Part shown: positions 24,793-37,700 of the stretch, piece by piece | Numbering within the stretch: the stretch's first letter is position 1 | Layout of the letters: every line of letters begins with the position of its first letter | Origin: Lama guanicoe | Taxonomy: Eukaryota | Assembly (NCBI GenBank): GCA_013239625.1 | Contig: MU053881.1 | Span: forward strand, 6,533,957 to 6,597,956 | Direction: 5' to 3' | Length of the DNA stretch: 64,000 nt | Translations under genes and position numbers: made by a program | The notes under the pieces: model-generated | What the model was told of the DNA's origin: nothing | The model's input: only the letters and a program-made list of their open reading frames with translations | The model's database searches: none

Positions 24793-26930
24793 AACAACCT
24801 TTTGATGTAAGTATCGCTGTTCCCATTTTACAGATGAGGAAGCCACAGCTCAGAGAATTTTGCACCTGCCCAAGGTCACAGAGCTGGTAGGGGATGAATG
24901 TGATGGGTTCTGCACTGAGCTCTCCAGATAGAGGAGGAAGGTCATTCACTTACATGGCCCTTGAACTTGGCTTAGAAGGGCCCTCAGGAGCATGCCCCGT
25001 TAGTGCGTTCAGGGCATGGAGCAGGGCAGAGAAGGGGGAGCAGGAACCCTGGGCCCTGGGCAAAGCAGGCAGGGAGGAGAGGTGCTCCACATGGAGGAGG
25101 GGTCCAGCATGTTGCCAGGGAGTGGCTGTCAGCCAGCAGAGCCAGGGCCCCCGGTGGGAGGCTCTCTCTTGCTAAAGTGACATCTGGGGCAGGGGCAGCA
25201 CCCTGATTCCACGGGCTCCCCCAGCTCAGCAGCCTGCAGCCCCCCTGCTTCACATCTAACAGCTCTGTTTATGAAGGGTCAGCTTGCCTAGAAAATGCCC
25301 CAGGAAGTCAGCTGGCTTGGGTTTCTTCTACTCTAGGGAAACCCAGATTGGTCTTTGGGTGAATGTCTCTCTCGTCAGCTGCCAACACCACCAGGCTGCC
25401 TGGGGGGCTGAGTGACTGAGCGGGAGTTCACGAATGGCCTCTGGTCGGAGGCAGCTGCCACCTGACGCCTCCTGATGGCTGTGTGAGCCTTTTGTTCATC
25501 TCCTGGGAACCCATGAGAAGCTGGGTCAGAGCGCCGCACACCCACGGCAGCCTCCTCCTCCAGCCTCAGGGGGCCACTTTCTGGGCCTTCATCCAAGCCA
25601 CTGGGACTCAGGGAGCCCCTTTTCTTGCTTGGGGGTGTATGGGAGATGTTTAGGTGTGTTCCTTCTTAGATTTCCATAACTCAGTAGGCTCATGGTCTCT
25701 CCCTCTGGGGAGTGTTGGCCTCCCACCTTCCAGCAATGGGGGTGGGGGGAAGTGGGGTTCCTCTGGGGTGCGCTGGTGCACCCTCTCCTCCTGAATATCT
25801 CTCTCACTGGGTATGGCATCCCTCAGCCCCGAGGGTCCTCAGAAGGGTTAAGCATTCAGCAAAATGAGCCCTTCCAGATGGGCTGTGCCGTAGCAGCTGT
25901 CGTGAAGGACCTCCGCCAGCCCCTGAGGGCCTTTGGGACACAGTCGTGACTGCATCTGGCTTAGTCTGACTCCAATCAGATAAGCCAAGAGGTGAGGCAC
26001 CTGGCTTCCTCCTGTCAGTGATCTGGGGGAGCCTGCTCCTTGGGGTTAGAATGATGACCCTACAGTGACGGCGGGGAGCTGGCGAGTGGGAAGGAAGGGG
26101 GCTGGATGGATACAGGAGACACCTGGCTGCCCACAAAGATGCATCCTGGGACAAGTACTCTATTCCCACTCAGCAGAGCCCCCGCAAAGGCCAGACCCAC
26201 CTGGGTTCACCCAAGTCTGCCATGAGTGGCCGTGTGAACTTGGGTAAATTCCTTTGTCTCAATAAGCCTTCACTTCCTCATCTGTAAAAGGGGAAAATGG
26301 GGGTAATACCCACCTCATGAGTTGCTGTGAAGATTAAACGAGAGAATGCATGTGGTGGGCAATAAGTGTAAGTTTATTAAAGTCTAGTTATTGGAGACTT
26401 TGACCTCCCTTGTAGCATTCATGTATCTTAAGAGAATGAGTAGATTTGCTCTTAGCCCCATATCACTGGGCCTCAGAGCCTGACCCAGTCCTTTTTGGGG
26501 CATTTTTCTGATCAGTCCCCCTGGTCCTGGCCTCTATCTGACCCAGGAAGGGACCTCAGGCTTCCAGTTTCTCAGTCCTCACTCTGGGAAGTGAGGGCCC
26601 CCTCTCCCATTGCTGTGTGACGCTGTAACTAAAGGCTGCAAGCTACATTTCTGTTCCTTGAGTGAGGAAAGCCGGCTTCCACCCTCCTACCTGATCCCCT
26701 TAAGACTCCCACCCTCTCTGCTTACCTACTTTTGTTTAGAATGATTGAACCTGCATGTGTAATCCCTACTGTCCTGTGGCTTGGGAGGCAGAAGAGAAAC
26801 ATGGTTGTGTATGCTTTGGAGCCAGATGGCTTGGGTTAAAATGCTGGCTCTACCATTAATTGTCTAGGCAAACTTGGGCAAGGATCTTCACCTCTCTCTG
26901 CTGTCACTTCACCCTAAGATGCAGAAGTCA

Positions 26931-27095
26931 TCATTATATCTATATCTATATCTATATCTATATCATTATAGATCTATATCATTATAGATATAGATATAGA
27001 TATAGATATAGATATAGATATAGATATATATAATATAATGATATATATATCTATATATATATCTATATATCTATATATATAGATATATATATATC
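26931..27095. repeat. Compound (TATATC)n/(GATATA)n/(TA)n repeat with inverted symmetry, embedded in a MIR-like element
   Basis: Read directly from the sequence. Confidence 0.95.
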
Positions 27096-29279
27096 AGGGC
27101 TATTGGGCAGATTAGAAGCGCTAATACCCACAGAGATACTTAGGACAGAGCGTGGACAAGGGAAAGGGCTCTCCAGCTTTGATTTGTTATCAAGACCTTA
27201 AATCTTGTGGGTTTGCCTAGAAATCCCCTGGGTTCTGAGCAAAGCATGGAGGAGGGGTCAGCAGCACGTTCCGTTTTCTAGATATGAGAGATTGGGTGAT
27301 GGGAGGGAGGAAGGAAGGAAATGAGCATTTCTTGGTGCCTGCTGGATGTCAGCCTCCATCCTAGGTGTCTGCCCTGCGTGTATTCGTTTACGCTAGTGAG
27401 AACGCTGTGAGGCAGGTGTCTATTTTCACTTTACAGAGGAGGCAGCAGGTTAAGGCAGGTTAAGCACTTTGACCAGATGTTAGAGATGAGTCAGGGTTCA
27501 GCGCCGGGTCTGTCTGAGAAGCTCATTATTTCCGCATTCCCCCTCCCCCTTCCCTGTTGGCTGAAACGGGCAGTTCCTAAACAGAGAGGGGGCTGTTATT
27601 TAAGACTATTCATTGTGTCTTGGTTGGATATATTTTAAGAGCTGCCATAAGTGACTGTGAGGCTATCTATAAAGATTAAATACAAGCTCCTCATCCCAAA
27701 CTGTCCTGGAAGCTTTCAGGTCAAATTGTTAAATGCCGATGGTGGTTCCGCCATCAGTCTGTCCCTCTGCTGACCTGGGGGTTTGGTTGCACACGGTCAT
27801 CATTTACAGCCACAACAAATCTAGAAGGATTCACGGCTGGCTCTATGACGTTTATCACTTAATGTTAACTTCCTTTCATTAAAAAGTGTTACTTCCCCCA
27901 GAGTAAAATGGAGGCTGCTCCCCTTCCCGTGACAAGCCATCTAGAACCTTCTTATGTTTTCTGGAAACTAAAATCTTTAGAAACAGTTAACGTTGTCGCT
28001 TCATGAGTAGCAGTTGCACCGGCCTCCAGGGGATAAGGCTGTAGAAATGGGAGTTGGGGAGGCAGAGAGGTGGTCCGGGTTATAAATGGAAGGTGATGTT
28101 GGGGTGGGCACCTCTGGCTATTGGTGATGGGAGGAGGTCCTGGAAGGTGCGCAGAGTGGGGCAGTCCAGGAAAGTGGTCCAAGTAGGAGGGGCCCCTCAA
28201 TGGGACAGTGCAGGAGAGTATTTTGAATCAGGACTTCGGAGTCATGGATCCCTCAGTCTTAAAAAGAGGAGTGTTAGGTGGCGAACACTGAGCACAGTTG
28301 TCTGGAGCAGGCTGCTCCTGTGAATGGGGAATCCATATTTTGGGAGCAGAGGGATTCAGAGGAAGGCTCCCCTCTCTTGGGGAGTCCTGGGGAAAGTGCT
28401 GATGTCAGGGACTTCCACTGGAAAGGGACCTTCTGTGCTTGCTCCCACCCTGACATCCCCTCTATCAAGGATGCTTTTTCTGGAGAAGAGGAGAGGGACA
28501 GGAAGGATAACCTTCTATCAAAACAGGAAGCTTCCCCAGTGCACGTCATGTAGGTTACAAGGCCTCAGCAGGTGGAAATGGCTTGCCTTGACCCCCCTCT
28601 ACAAACCGGCATCCCAGCCCTTCTCAGTCTGTGGACCATCCACGCAAAACGACGGAAAGGGTGGGCTTTGTGGACTTCACACACTCAGCAGCCGTGTCTT
28701 TCAGAGCAGAGTGGGTGGCAAGGAAACACATAGCTGGAGATCGGGGGGCTGTGTGTGAGGCAACAGACAGAGGCAAACAGATGTCCTCACTCCAAAATGC
28801 TACAGCATGAGGGACCAAAGAGATCGGCCACACCAACCCCCATTGCCCCAAGTCCAGAAAGGGAGACATGACCAGACTTAGGTTGGGTTGTCCCATTTGT
28901 TGACTTAGCAATGGAGCCAGTGTCTCGTTGAAGGTGTGAGCTAATCCCTGAGTAAAGTCTGACTTCCTGCCAATATTTGCAGCAGAGGAAGGTAGTTTTG
29001 GGAGCCCAGCTGAAAGGCTGAAACTGGCTGAAGAGGAATGAGAAACACCATCTTTGGATATGGCTCCGTTTTCTTCATTCTTCAGGCCTGTAAGGGAACA
29101 GCACAGAGATCTCTGCCGTCAGACAGACCTGTGAGTGGAGTGGGTGTCGTCTATAGCAAAGGCGATCGCTAACACTTTTATGTTGTGCTGCCTTGAGCGG
29201 TCAGGGAGTAACGCATTAACTCCTCACCACAGCCCTATGAAGGAGGCACTGTTATTACTTTGTATTATTATTAGTTATT

Positions 29280-29610
29280 GCTAGTTAGGGTCCTTCAAGA
29301 AGCAGAGGCCAAGATGGGACTCGATGTGCCAGAGATTTATGGGGCAGAATGGCTGTGAAGGATAAAGGGGGAAGATCAGTGTAGGTCTGACAGCTGTAAA
29401 AAGGAGAGAGGGCAGGAAAGAGTGGGTAGGAAGAGCCTCAGCTAGCAGTGCCATTCTGAGAAGCCCTCGGCCAGGCTGATGGCAGTCTCTTTGCAAAAGC
29501 CACTCCTTGGAAAGATCAGGTGTCCTGCAGGAATGGGCTGAGACTGATACCCACTCCACGCTCGGTCACTGTCTGGGCACAGCCTGGAGGATCGCGTGGC
29601 CCCAGCCGCG
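29280..29610. mobile_element. LTR16-like ERVL LTR fragment
   Basis: 'gggtccttcaagaagcagaggccaagatggg...gagatttatgggg...gggtaggaagagcctcag'. Confidence 0.6.
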
Positions 29611-32600
29611 GCAGCAGCCATCTCCAGGCTCCTTCTCTCCTGGGGCGGGGTGGGACGGTCACATTGACATCATTGTCCCTGCTCTGAACCCTCACACATG
29701 AGGCGGTCAAGCAGGTTCTCTTGAAGGAGGTCTGAGCAACACATCTCCATTTATAGATGCGGAAACTGAAACACAGAGAGGTTAGGTCACTTGCCCACAG
29801 TCTCACGGCTAATGAGTGGAAGAGCTGGCAGCAAAACTGGCCTGGTGCCGGAGTCCACCCTCCCAACCACCGGGTCATACTGTGGGCTGTAAGAGTGTTT
29901 GTTGGTTTTGGGGGAAAGGACTGTTGTGTAAGCTTTGGAATCAGGCAGCCCTGCCTGGTGCCTTCTCCCCCTGGCACATGCTCGCCGTAGGCGGATTGAG
30001 ATGGAAGTATGTGAAGTGCCTGGAGCGGCGGCTGGCCCGGTCAGTGCTAGTTCCTGATCTCATTCCGCTTCCCAGGGGAGGCTACCAGAGGTCACACAAC
30101 ATAAACAGAGACAGCAAGAAGAAACAAGTCCCCAGACAGGGTGGTGTTCTCAGCAGAGTTGTTTTTGGAACTCTCCAGAGAGTCTGAGAAACAACTTCGC
30201 AGGTCGCCCCTTCCTTTCGACCAACACCTTCAGGTCAGAGCTGATCTGCTCAGCGCGCAAGGCTGGGTTATAAAGCGGACGCTCCTCCCTGGTCTGATCT
30301 CAGCCAAGGCTCTGCCTCCATGCAGGGGGTCGGGGTGTTAAGATCCAGCTTTCTGGATTATTGCCCGGAGTCCTATAAAGAACCCAGCATGGGACCTGGG
30401 ACCACGACTAGCAGGAAATGGCAGCTCTTCTGGATGGTTTCAAAGACCTACTTCTTGCTGTCCCCCGTGTGCATAGACCGAAGCCTGGGGGGCAGCCTGG
30501 TTCTAGGGAAGGCCCAACTGTCAACCTGGAGGAAGGAAAGGTGCCAGGTGCTGGGTCTTTGGGTCAAGTCTGTAGTAATGGCGATGCTATTAAATGCCCA
30601 TGTTGTCATTTAACCTCAGTGATGCTGGTGAGGGATGGGTTCGTTCAGCAAAGAATCCCTGAGTGCATGCTATGTGCAGGTGCTGTGAGAAGTGCCAGGC
30701 GTGTGGAGGGAGATGCATGAGATGTGGGCCTTCCCCTTAAGAAGCTTGCGATCCTAGGGGACTTGGACACAGCAGCAGGGGAGCAGGCGCTCAGAAGGGG
30801 AGGGCAGCCACGCTCCAGGTCAGGATGACGGCTCGGAAGTGGTGACAATTATATGAGGTCTTGAAGGGTGAGCTGAGGTTTGCACGAGGGCTAGGTGGAG
30901 GAAGCATTCTAAAAAGAGGGACGGTGCATGGATGTAGGTAACACCACAAGGTGGGCCGCCTATAGTTCGGTTTAGCTGACGGTAGAGTCCAGGGAAAGAA
31001 GTGTCAACAGACAGAGGTGGGCAGGAGGTGGGGAGCAGACCATGAACGGCCCGTAGGCCTTGCTAAGTAGGTGAGATTTTATTATTTATATCATGTGGGA
31101 GCCTTCCTGCAGAGCGCAACAGAATAAAACCAACATTAATGACAGCAATTGCTATGATATAGATATAATAATTCTTCTTTTTTTTTTTTTTAATTACTAA
31201 GGGCTTACTATGTACCCGGCCCTTTTCTAAGAGCTTTACCTTGAGTTATGTGTTAATCCTTAAATGTAACATTTAACACCATGGAACGTATTAGTATAAG
31301 CCCCACTTTATAGATGAGGAAACAAAGGCACAGGAAGACGGTGAGTGGCTGGGTTTGAACTCAGGCTGCCTGACTCCAGGGTACGCACCTGTCACCGCTC
31401 TCCGCCCGGTGAAGGAAAGCAACTGTGTGAAGCCCAGAAACGCGAGGGAGGCACCACTCATCTCAGCGATGCGTGATTCCTATCCTAACCTCACCCCTGA
31501 GATTCGGTTTTTACTTCGTGTTTTGGTGTTAGGCTGTTGTGAGGAGGAGTAAGTGAGCATTTCAAAGGTTCTGAGATCTTGGGATGAAAGGTTTCTGTCT
31601 CTAAGATCCAGCTTATTAAGACTGAAATAATTCACAGTCTTTCCATTGTTGGTGCTGCCTGGTTAACGTCCCGCTCTCTCTGAATGCCAGCTCTTATTCT
31701 CCAGAGCCTGCCTGCCAACAGCACGGATGCTTCTGAGCTGACTGCTGTGCGGGCATCAGATCTGCCTGGGGCAGGTAGGCACTGGCTCTGGTCCTGGGGT
31801 GGCCTCTGAAGTGAGATGCAGGAGCACCTCCCTCCTTCTCTCCAGAGGAGAGTGACATTACTGACCCCTGCAATAGACCAGACGAGGTGTCCAGTGGGCT
31901 CTAGCTATCATCTCATTTCATCTCCACAACAACCTGAGACAGCAGGTCTTAACATCCCCATTTTTTTCCATGAAGAAACTGAGGCTTATGGCAGTGAAGA
32001 CTTTTTGATCAAGAGCATACTGCTAATAAATGGCAGAGCTGGAATCTGAACCCAGTCTGACCAACTATAAAACCCACTCACATTCCCCTACAACATTCTA
32101 CTCTTGTAGGGTAAGGATTATCATCCCTGCTTTATAAATGAGGAAACAGAGGCTCAGAGAGGTGTAGCCACTCACCTGAGGTCACACAGCAAGTACATCA
32201 CAGCAGTGAGGTTGGAGCCCAAGCCTGTTTGTCTCCAAGGGCTCTGGGACAACTGCTCATCCTAGTTCAGCCTGGACTCTGAGGAGAGCACAGTCCCCAG
32301 AATCAGGAGAAGCTTCTGTTCTCCTGTCCCCAGTCCCCAGTCCCCAGGCCCAGCACCTACTCCTAGCTTTTTGGTCTGGCAGAACAAAGAGCGTTGTTGT
32401 GCCTTTTCTGCCCCTTCATCCTATGGCCTGGAGGCCCTGCCTCTGCAGTACTGGGGTGAACCTTGAATCAAAAAACAGGAGACTTCATTGTAAAATGATT
32501 ATAAATCAATAAAAAATGTTAAAAAAACAAAACCAAAAAAAAATACAGGAGACTTGGACAAGTTCTTATGTCACCTTCTTGAGCTTGGACAAGTCACTCA

Positions 32601-33799
32601 TTTGTAAACTAGGGTGGTGAGTGCCCTGCTGGCTTCTCAGGGGAGCTGAGAGGAGAATCAAAGCAGTGTGGACTGGAAACCAGCCCAGGGAGGTACAGCC
32701 ACAGGTGTATGAGTAGTTTTTGTTATTTTGTTGTTTTCTTCCTTTCCTCTCCCCTCTTGCTGCTCTGCAGCCTCTCCTTGTGGGAAGGCACGGTGCAGGC
32801 CTCTCTCCAGACCCGCAGGTACCAGCTCCCCTCTGGTCTGGCCTGTTGGGCCACATTTCTCACAGTTTTCCAACCCTAACCCTCCAGCCCTCCAACCACG
32901 TGGGAGACCTCTGCCCCCACCCTGAAAAGTACCTCATTCCCTAAGGGGGAGATTCCAGAGCAGATAATGCAGCTGCCTTCTTGACAAAACCCCAAAGTAA
33001 ATAAATGAAACATTTACTGACAGCCTGCAACTTGCCAGACACTTGAAGTATTTAATCCTCACAGCAACCTTGAAAAGTGTTCCTTGCTGATTTTTGCTGA
33101 AAGCCAGGACTCACAGGGGCTACTGCCTTAGGGCACGCTGGAAAGACAGGGGCCAGGATTCCAGCCTTGGGCAGTCTCACTAGGAAACCGGACCCTTTCC
33201 TCCCTCCCCTCCCCCATTCTGCATGCCCTGCGGATGGGCAGGTTTTTCAAATGGCCCAAGTCTTGGGCTGTCAGGCCTGGAGGCTGAAGCCAGGACTAAC
33301 AAGTGGGGCTGGGCAGGTGGCCTCTTCCTCCAGGCTGCCCAGGATCTTTCAATCACCAGAAGAAATGGAGACCTGGGGGACACTTCTGCCTCAGGCCCAT
33401 TCATCTCAGCCCTGCTCCAGCCTCAGAGCACCAGGTGGACCTGAAGGAGGCTTGCGGGCTAAGGCCTTTGTCTGCATCCTGGGCAGGGCCAGTGCTTACA
33501 GAGGGCAGCCTCCGATGTGGGTGGGAAAGGATGCAGCACTTGGAGTCAAAGATGCTGCTTCCAGCGTACCTGCAGGTGATCTTGAACAAGGTCTCATCAT
33601 TTCTCTGAGCCTCGATTTCTTGGTCTGTGAAATGGGGCTATATCCTCACCTCACTGCTGTGTGGGCGGGATAAATTAGTCACCGCGTGAAAGTGCTCTAA
33701 AGGGGAAGCTCTGAATAGGAGCTGCTTCATGATTTGCAGCCCTGAACGCAAATATAAATAGGACTTCCCTTGTTCACACGTTAGGAAGAATTTCAAGGC

Positions 33800-34140
33800 A
33801 CTGGTGGTGGAGCGTGACACTAGGCGCCGGGCCCTTGGAAGCGCGGGGCCCCGTGTGCGCCCAGGCGCTGGGGTTAAGAGCAGTGGGGCGCATCCTTCCG
33901 GTCCGCTCCGGGCAGCTGCGCACTGCCTCGGCTTCCCCACACGGTCCAGGCCAAGGGTCCCACGGCGCGATCGGCGGGGCGCCTGCTCCATCTAGCGGCG
34001 AATGGCAGCAGCACCGCCACCTGCACCCGGCCGGCTGCAGCCTCCCGTTTTTCACTCACCCCATGTGGGCGTTGGGGGTGCTCTCGAGTCACACCCGCCG
34101 CCTTCATCTTCATCCCTCATTTCCCGTCGCTCACCACGTC
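33800..34140. promoter_or_regulatory. Small CpG-rich patch with a candidate CTCF site
   Basis: The densest CpG cluster in the window. Minus-strand CCGCTAGATGGAGC at 33985-33998. Confidence 0.65.
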
Positions 34141-34920
34141 CTCTGCATTGTTCTCCACGGTCTCTCACTTTGGTCCTACCCCGTCATTAGTTCCTTGGCC
34201 CACTCAACCGCCACTTGTTTTCCGTCAAGTTCTGTGAGGTCCCCACCATCCCAGAGCTGGTCCCTCTTCGGGACTCTGGAGACACCCTATCTTCAGTTCC
34301 ATTCCAGGCTGCAGCTCCATCTTCCGTCAGCACCTCCTCAGAGCCCCGTGGATGTGCCACCTCCAGAGAAAGCCCGTTTCCTACCGGACTTCCACCCAGG
34401 AGCCCCAACCTGCCCCCTCACCTTCCCCATTATGACCTGCCCGTTATCCTTCAAACACTCCTGACTTCCTGATACACCCCCTGACCTGGGGTCCCTTCCT
34501 CCTGTCTGTGGCCTCTCCAGGTCCCACCTTTGATGGGAAGCCTTCCAGGAGTACTAGACTCCTCAGGGTGCCACGGCTTTGTGTGAGCAGCAACACAGAG
34601 GTGATGCCAGTGATAAAACGCCCCCATCAGAGTCAGAGGTGGCCAGGTCAGGGGTGTGCATATAATGATTTTTTTGTTGTGAGGATTATATGAAATGACT
34701 TATATTGGGCATTTTATTTAAAATGGCATGTGGCTCATTGTACACATCAAGTAAATATTATGGCCATAATCATCATTACTAACTTCTACATCCATTAATT
34801 ACTGGCAGTGACCCGGGTACATGATTTCACTCGAATGAACTCTTCCCATCTGGAAAATGGGAACATTATTTATATTCCTATCCGAGAGGATTGTTACGAT
34901 ACTAACTGAGGTGCTGTACA

Positions 34921-34982
34921 GAGGTGCTAGGCGTGCAGGAGGTGCTAGGCGTGTAGCAGGTGCTAGGCATGCAGGAGGTGCT
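34921..34982. repeat. 18-bp minisatellite, about 3.4 copies (gaggtgctaggcgtgcag)
   Basis: Units start at 34921, 34939, 34957 and 34975. Confidence 0.9.
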
Positions 34983-35089
34983 TGAGAGAGGCTGGTACTC
35001 TCCCTCTATTCCGTGCTCTGGCGGCTCATCAAATAGTCCCTTTTCATAGTTCCTTCTTAGTTATCCAAAATGATTTAATTTTGGTGCAC

Positions 35090-35320
35090 TCTGGAGGCAT
35101 AATTCCTTCTTCCCAGGGGACTTTAGTCTGGCTCTTAAGGCCTTCAGCTGATTGGATGAGGCCCAGCACATTAGAGAGGATAGTCTGCCTCACTCCAGGT
35201 CTACTGATTTGAATGTTAATCACATCTACAAAATACCTTCACAACAACATCTAGACTGGAGTTTGACAGAAAACTGGGTACCTTGGCTTAGCCACGTTAA
35301 CACATGAAATTAACCATCAC
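35090..35320. mobile_element. MLT2-like ERVL LTR fragment
   Basis: 'ggccttcagctgattggatgaggccc...aatgttaatcacatctacaaaataccttcac...acacatgaaattaaccatcaca'. Confidence 0.8.
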
Positions 35321-35904
35321 AGTGGGCTGACAGTCATCATCATTATGAGCTCATTTTGTTCCTCCTCTGCTTCCTTTTCTCCATCTTTTACTTTCTTTCT
35401 TGACCACTACCAAGTCTAGTGTCTCTTACTCCCCTCGCCTCGGTAGCATCCACAATAGTCCATCTTTCTCCATCTCTCCCCAAGCATTCACCTATCCTGT
35501 GTCAGCTTTGACAGTGAGGGCCTTCGGCTCCCTGGAGTGGGCAGGGAGTGGGGGTAGGAGACAGAAGGTTTGGAGACTCTCAGTTCCCAATCCCCTGCCA
35601 CAAATTCCTGACCTCCCTTCAGATGTTTCAATCTGGAGACGGGGCCTGGCTTGGGCTTTGGGAGGCAAGCAGGAGGGGTGAGGCTGGATTTGGCAGACTT
35701 CCTGGTCGGGGTAGGGAGTGATGTGATAAAGTTGGAGAAGCTTGGCTGGAATGAACTGGCCAGAAGACAGACCAGGGAAGGAGGCAAGATGACGAGGCTT
35801 GTTCATATAAAGTGCTTCTTGAGGAGGGGAGGTCCCAGAGTGGTAGTTAGCCCATGAAAGGTGTTGATGGTGCACCCTGGGATCCCAATTTTTTAAAAAA
35901 ACCA

Positions 35905-36336
35905 TTTATAAGATGTAATTGACATACAATAAACTACACGTATTTAAAGTGTATAATTTAATATTTTGATATTCATATATACTCATGAAATCATCACACA
36001 AGATAATAAACACACACACCCCCCACCCCCCAAAGTCTCCTCTTTTGGTCATTTCTCTCACCTCTTCTCTCCGCACTGACCCCCCTCTTCCCCAGGCAAC
36101 CACTGATCTGCTTCCTGTCACTATGGATTCATTTGCATTTTCTAGAATTTTATATTAATGGATGTGTACAGTATGTACTCTTCTTTGTGTGCCCTTTCTC
36201 ATCAGTTAAATTATTTCGAGATTCATGCATGTTGTTGTGTCTATCAGTAATTCATTCCCCTTTATAGCTGAGCTGTATTCCATTATATGGATGCAGCATA
36301 GTTTGTTTATCCACTCCCCTAGTGATGGACATTTGG
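35905..36336 (-). mobile_element. L1MB/MC-like 3' end fragment
   Basis: 'gatgtaattgacatacaataaactacac...caggcaaccactgatctgctt...tgatggacatttgg'. Confidence 0.8.
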
Positions 36337-36394
36337 CATCAGCCTGATATATTACCACCACTTGCTCGTGGGGGGAAATGATAATAGAATTTAG

Positions 36395-36640
36395 GGCAGA
36401 GGTTGTAAATTGGTGATCCTTGAGCCAAATCCAGCTCTTACACTAGTTTGGTTTGGTCTGCCTGGTGTCTTTTAAATATTGAACTAGTTGCCAGACTATA
36501 AAAACCGGGAAATTTCACATACAAGTCCAGATTTTCAACTTGCCTTGAAAAAATTGTAATTCCACCAATATGGCAGCTGTCCCTACCTAGAGCTGTGACA
36601 TAGTTGTCTCCTTCACACTGGATGTATATTCATTGGTTTT
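36395..36640. mobile_element. MER102/Charlie8-like hAT fragment
   Basis: 'cagaggttgtaaattgg...gccaaatccagc...aaatttcacatacaagtccagatttt'. Similar fragments at ~51930-52260 and ~61570-61850. Confidence 0.55.
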
Positions 36641-37064
36641 CAACTCATTTTTTTCGTCCGCTTGGCTTCATATGCACATTGAACCTGGCAGTTCCTGCCT
36701 TAGTGATTAAGTGCAGCAGTCAGAAAGTTCTGGGTTCAAAGCCCTCTACCACTTATGAGCTGTTTGATCATGGTCAAGTTACTTACCCTCTCTGGGCCCC
36801 AGTTTCCTCATTACGAAATGGGAATAATCGCAGAGCTAATTTCAGGGTAGTGAGGATTGAATGCATGTGAACTATTTAGCATGCCGTAAGTGCTCAGTAA
36901 ATGATATGTAATATTATTATTATATTATGTTTGCAAAGTAGATGGCAGAGCAGTGTAGTGGATGTGGCATTAGTCTGGGTTTCTGGTTCCAGCTTTGTTA
37001 TAACCCAGCTGTGTAGCTGTAGGCTTCAGTTGCTCCATCTGTCATATGAAGGAGTGGTGCTGGG

Positions 37065-37700
37065 GTCTGTCAGCAAATGTCAAGTTGCAAGTGACAGAAA
37101 GTTCAACTCAAACTGCCTTAAATAATAACAAATGAATTTATTGATACAAACAGTCAAAACACTCATGGGACATGGGGCTTCAGGTGAAGCTTGATCCAGC
37201 AGGCCCATGAAATCATAAAGGCTTCCATTTGTTTTCATCTCTGCCTTGAATTCTGTGGTATTATGTCCATCTGTAGGTTGACTTCCCTTAGGTTACAAAA
37301 TGATTGCCTGTATGTCCCAGGGCTATGTGCTTTTTCATTCATGTCCAGCAGGAAAAGGAGGGACTTTGTTTCACTGTTCTCTGTAAAAGCCCTAAAAAGG
37401 GGGAGGGTGTAGCTCAGTGGTAGGGCATGCTTAGCATGCATGAGGTCCTGGGTTCAATCCCCAGTACCTCCTCTAAAAATAAATAAATAAATCTAATTAC
37501 CCTCCCCCCACCAAAAAAAAAAAAAGCCCCTAAAAGCCCTAAAAATTTGATGATTGTGCTGGCTTGGGTCTTAAGCTCACCCTCGAAGCAATCACCGTGG
37601 CCAGGGGCCTGGGAGGTAATGATTAGCCTAGAGTAGGCCATGAGCTCCATTTCTGGACCTGTGAGTGCAGTTGGCTCCCACAGTCTCATGGGTCTTCAAA
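37065..37700. mobile_element. MLT1 (J/K/L-like) MaLR LTR, interrupted by a SINE
   Basis: 'gttgcaagtgacagaaagttcaactcaaactg...ggcttcaggtgaagcttgatccagcagg'. Boundaries approximate. Confidence 0.6.
37399..37530 (+). mobile_element. tRNA-Ala-derived SINE (camelid Vic-1-like)
   Basis: A box tagctcagtgg, B box ggttcaatccc, (taaa)n and A13 tail. 15-bp TSD taaaagccctaaaaa at 37384-37398 and 37531-37545. Confidence 0.9.

Noticed and set aside
33814..34464. Longest ORF in the track (216 aa) and the ORFs overlapping it
   Set aside because: It starts at a non-ATG codon, is Pro/Ser/His-rich with no recognisable domain, and is explained by stop-codon scarcity in GC-rich DNA.
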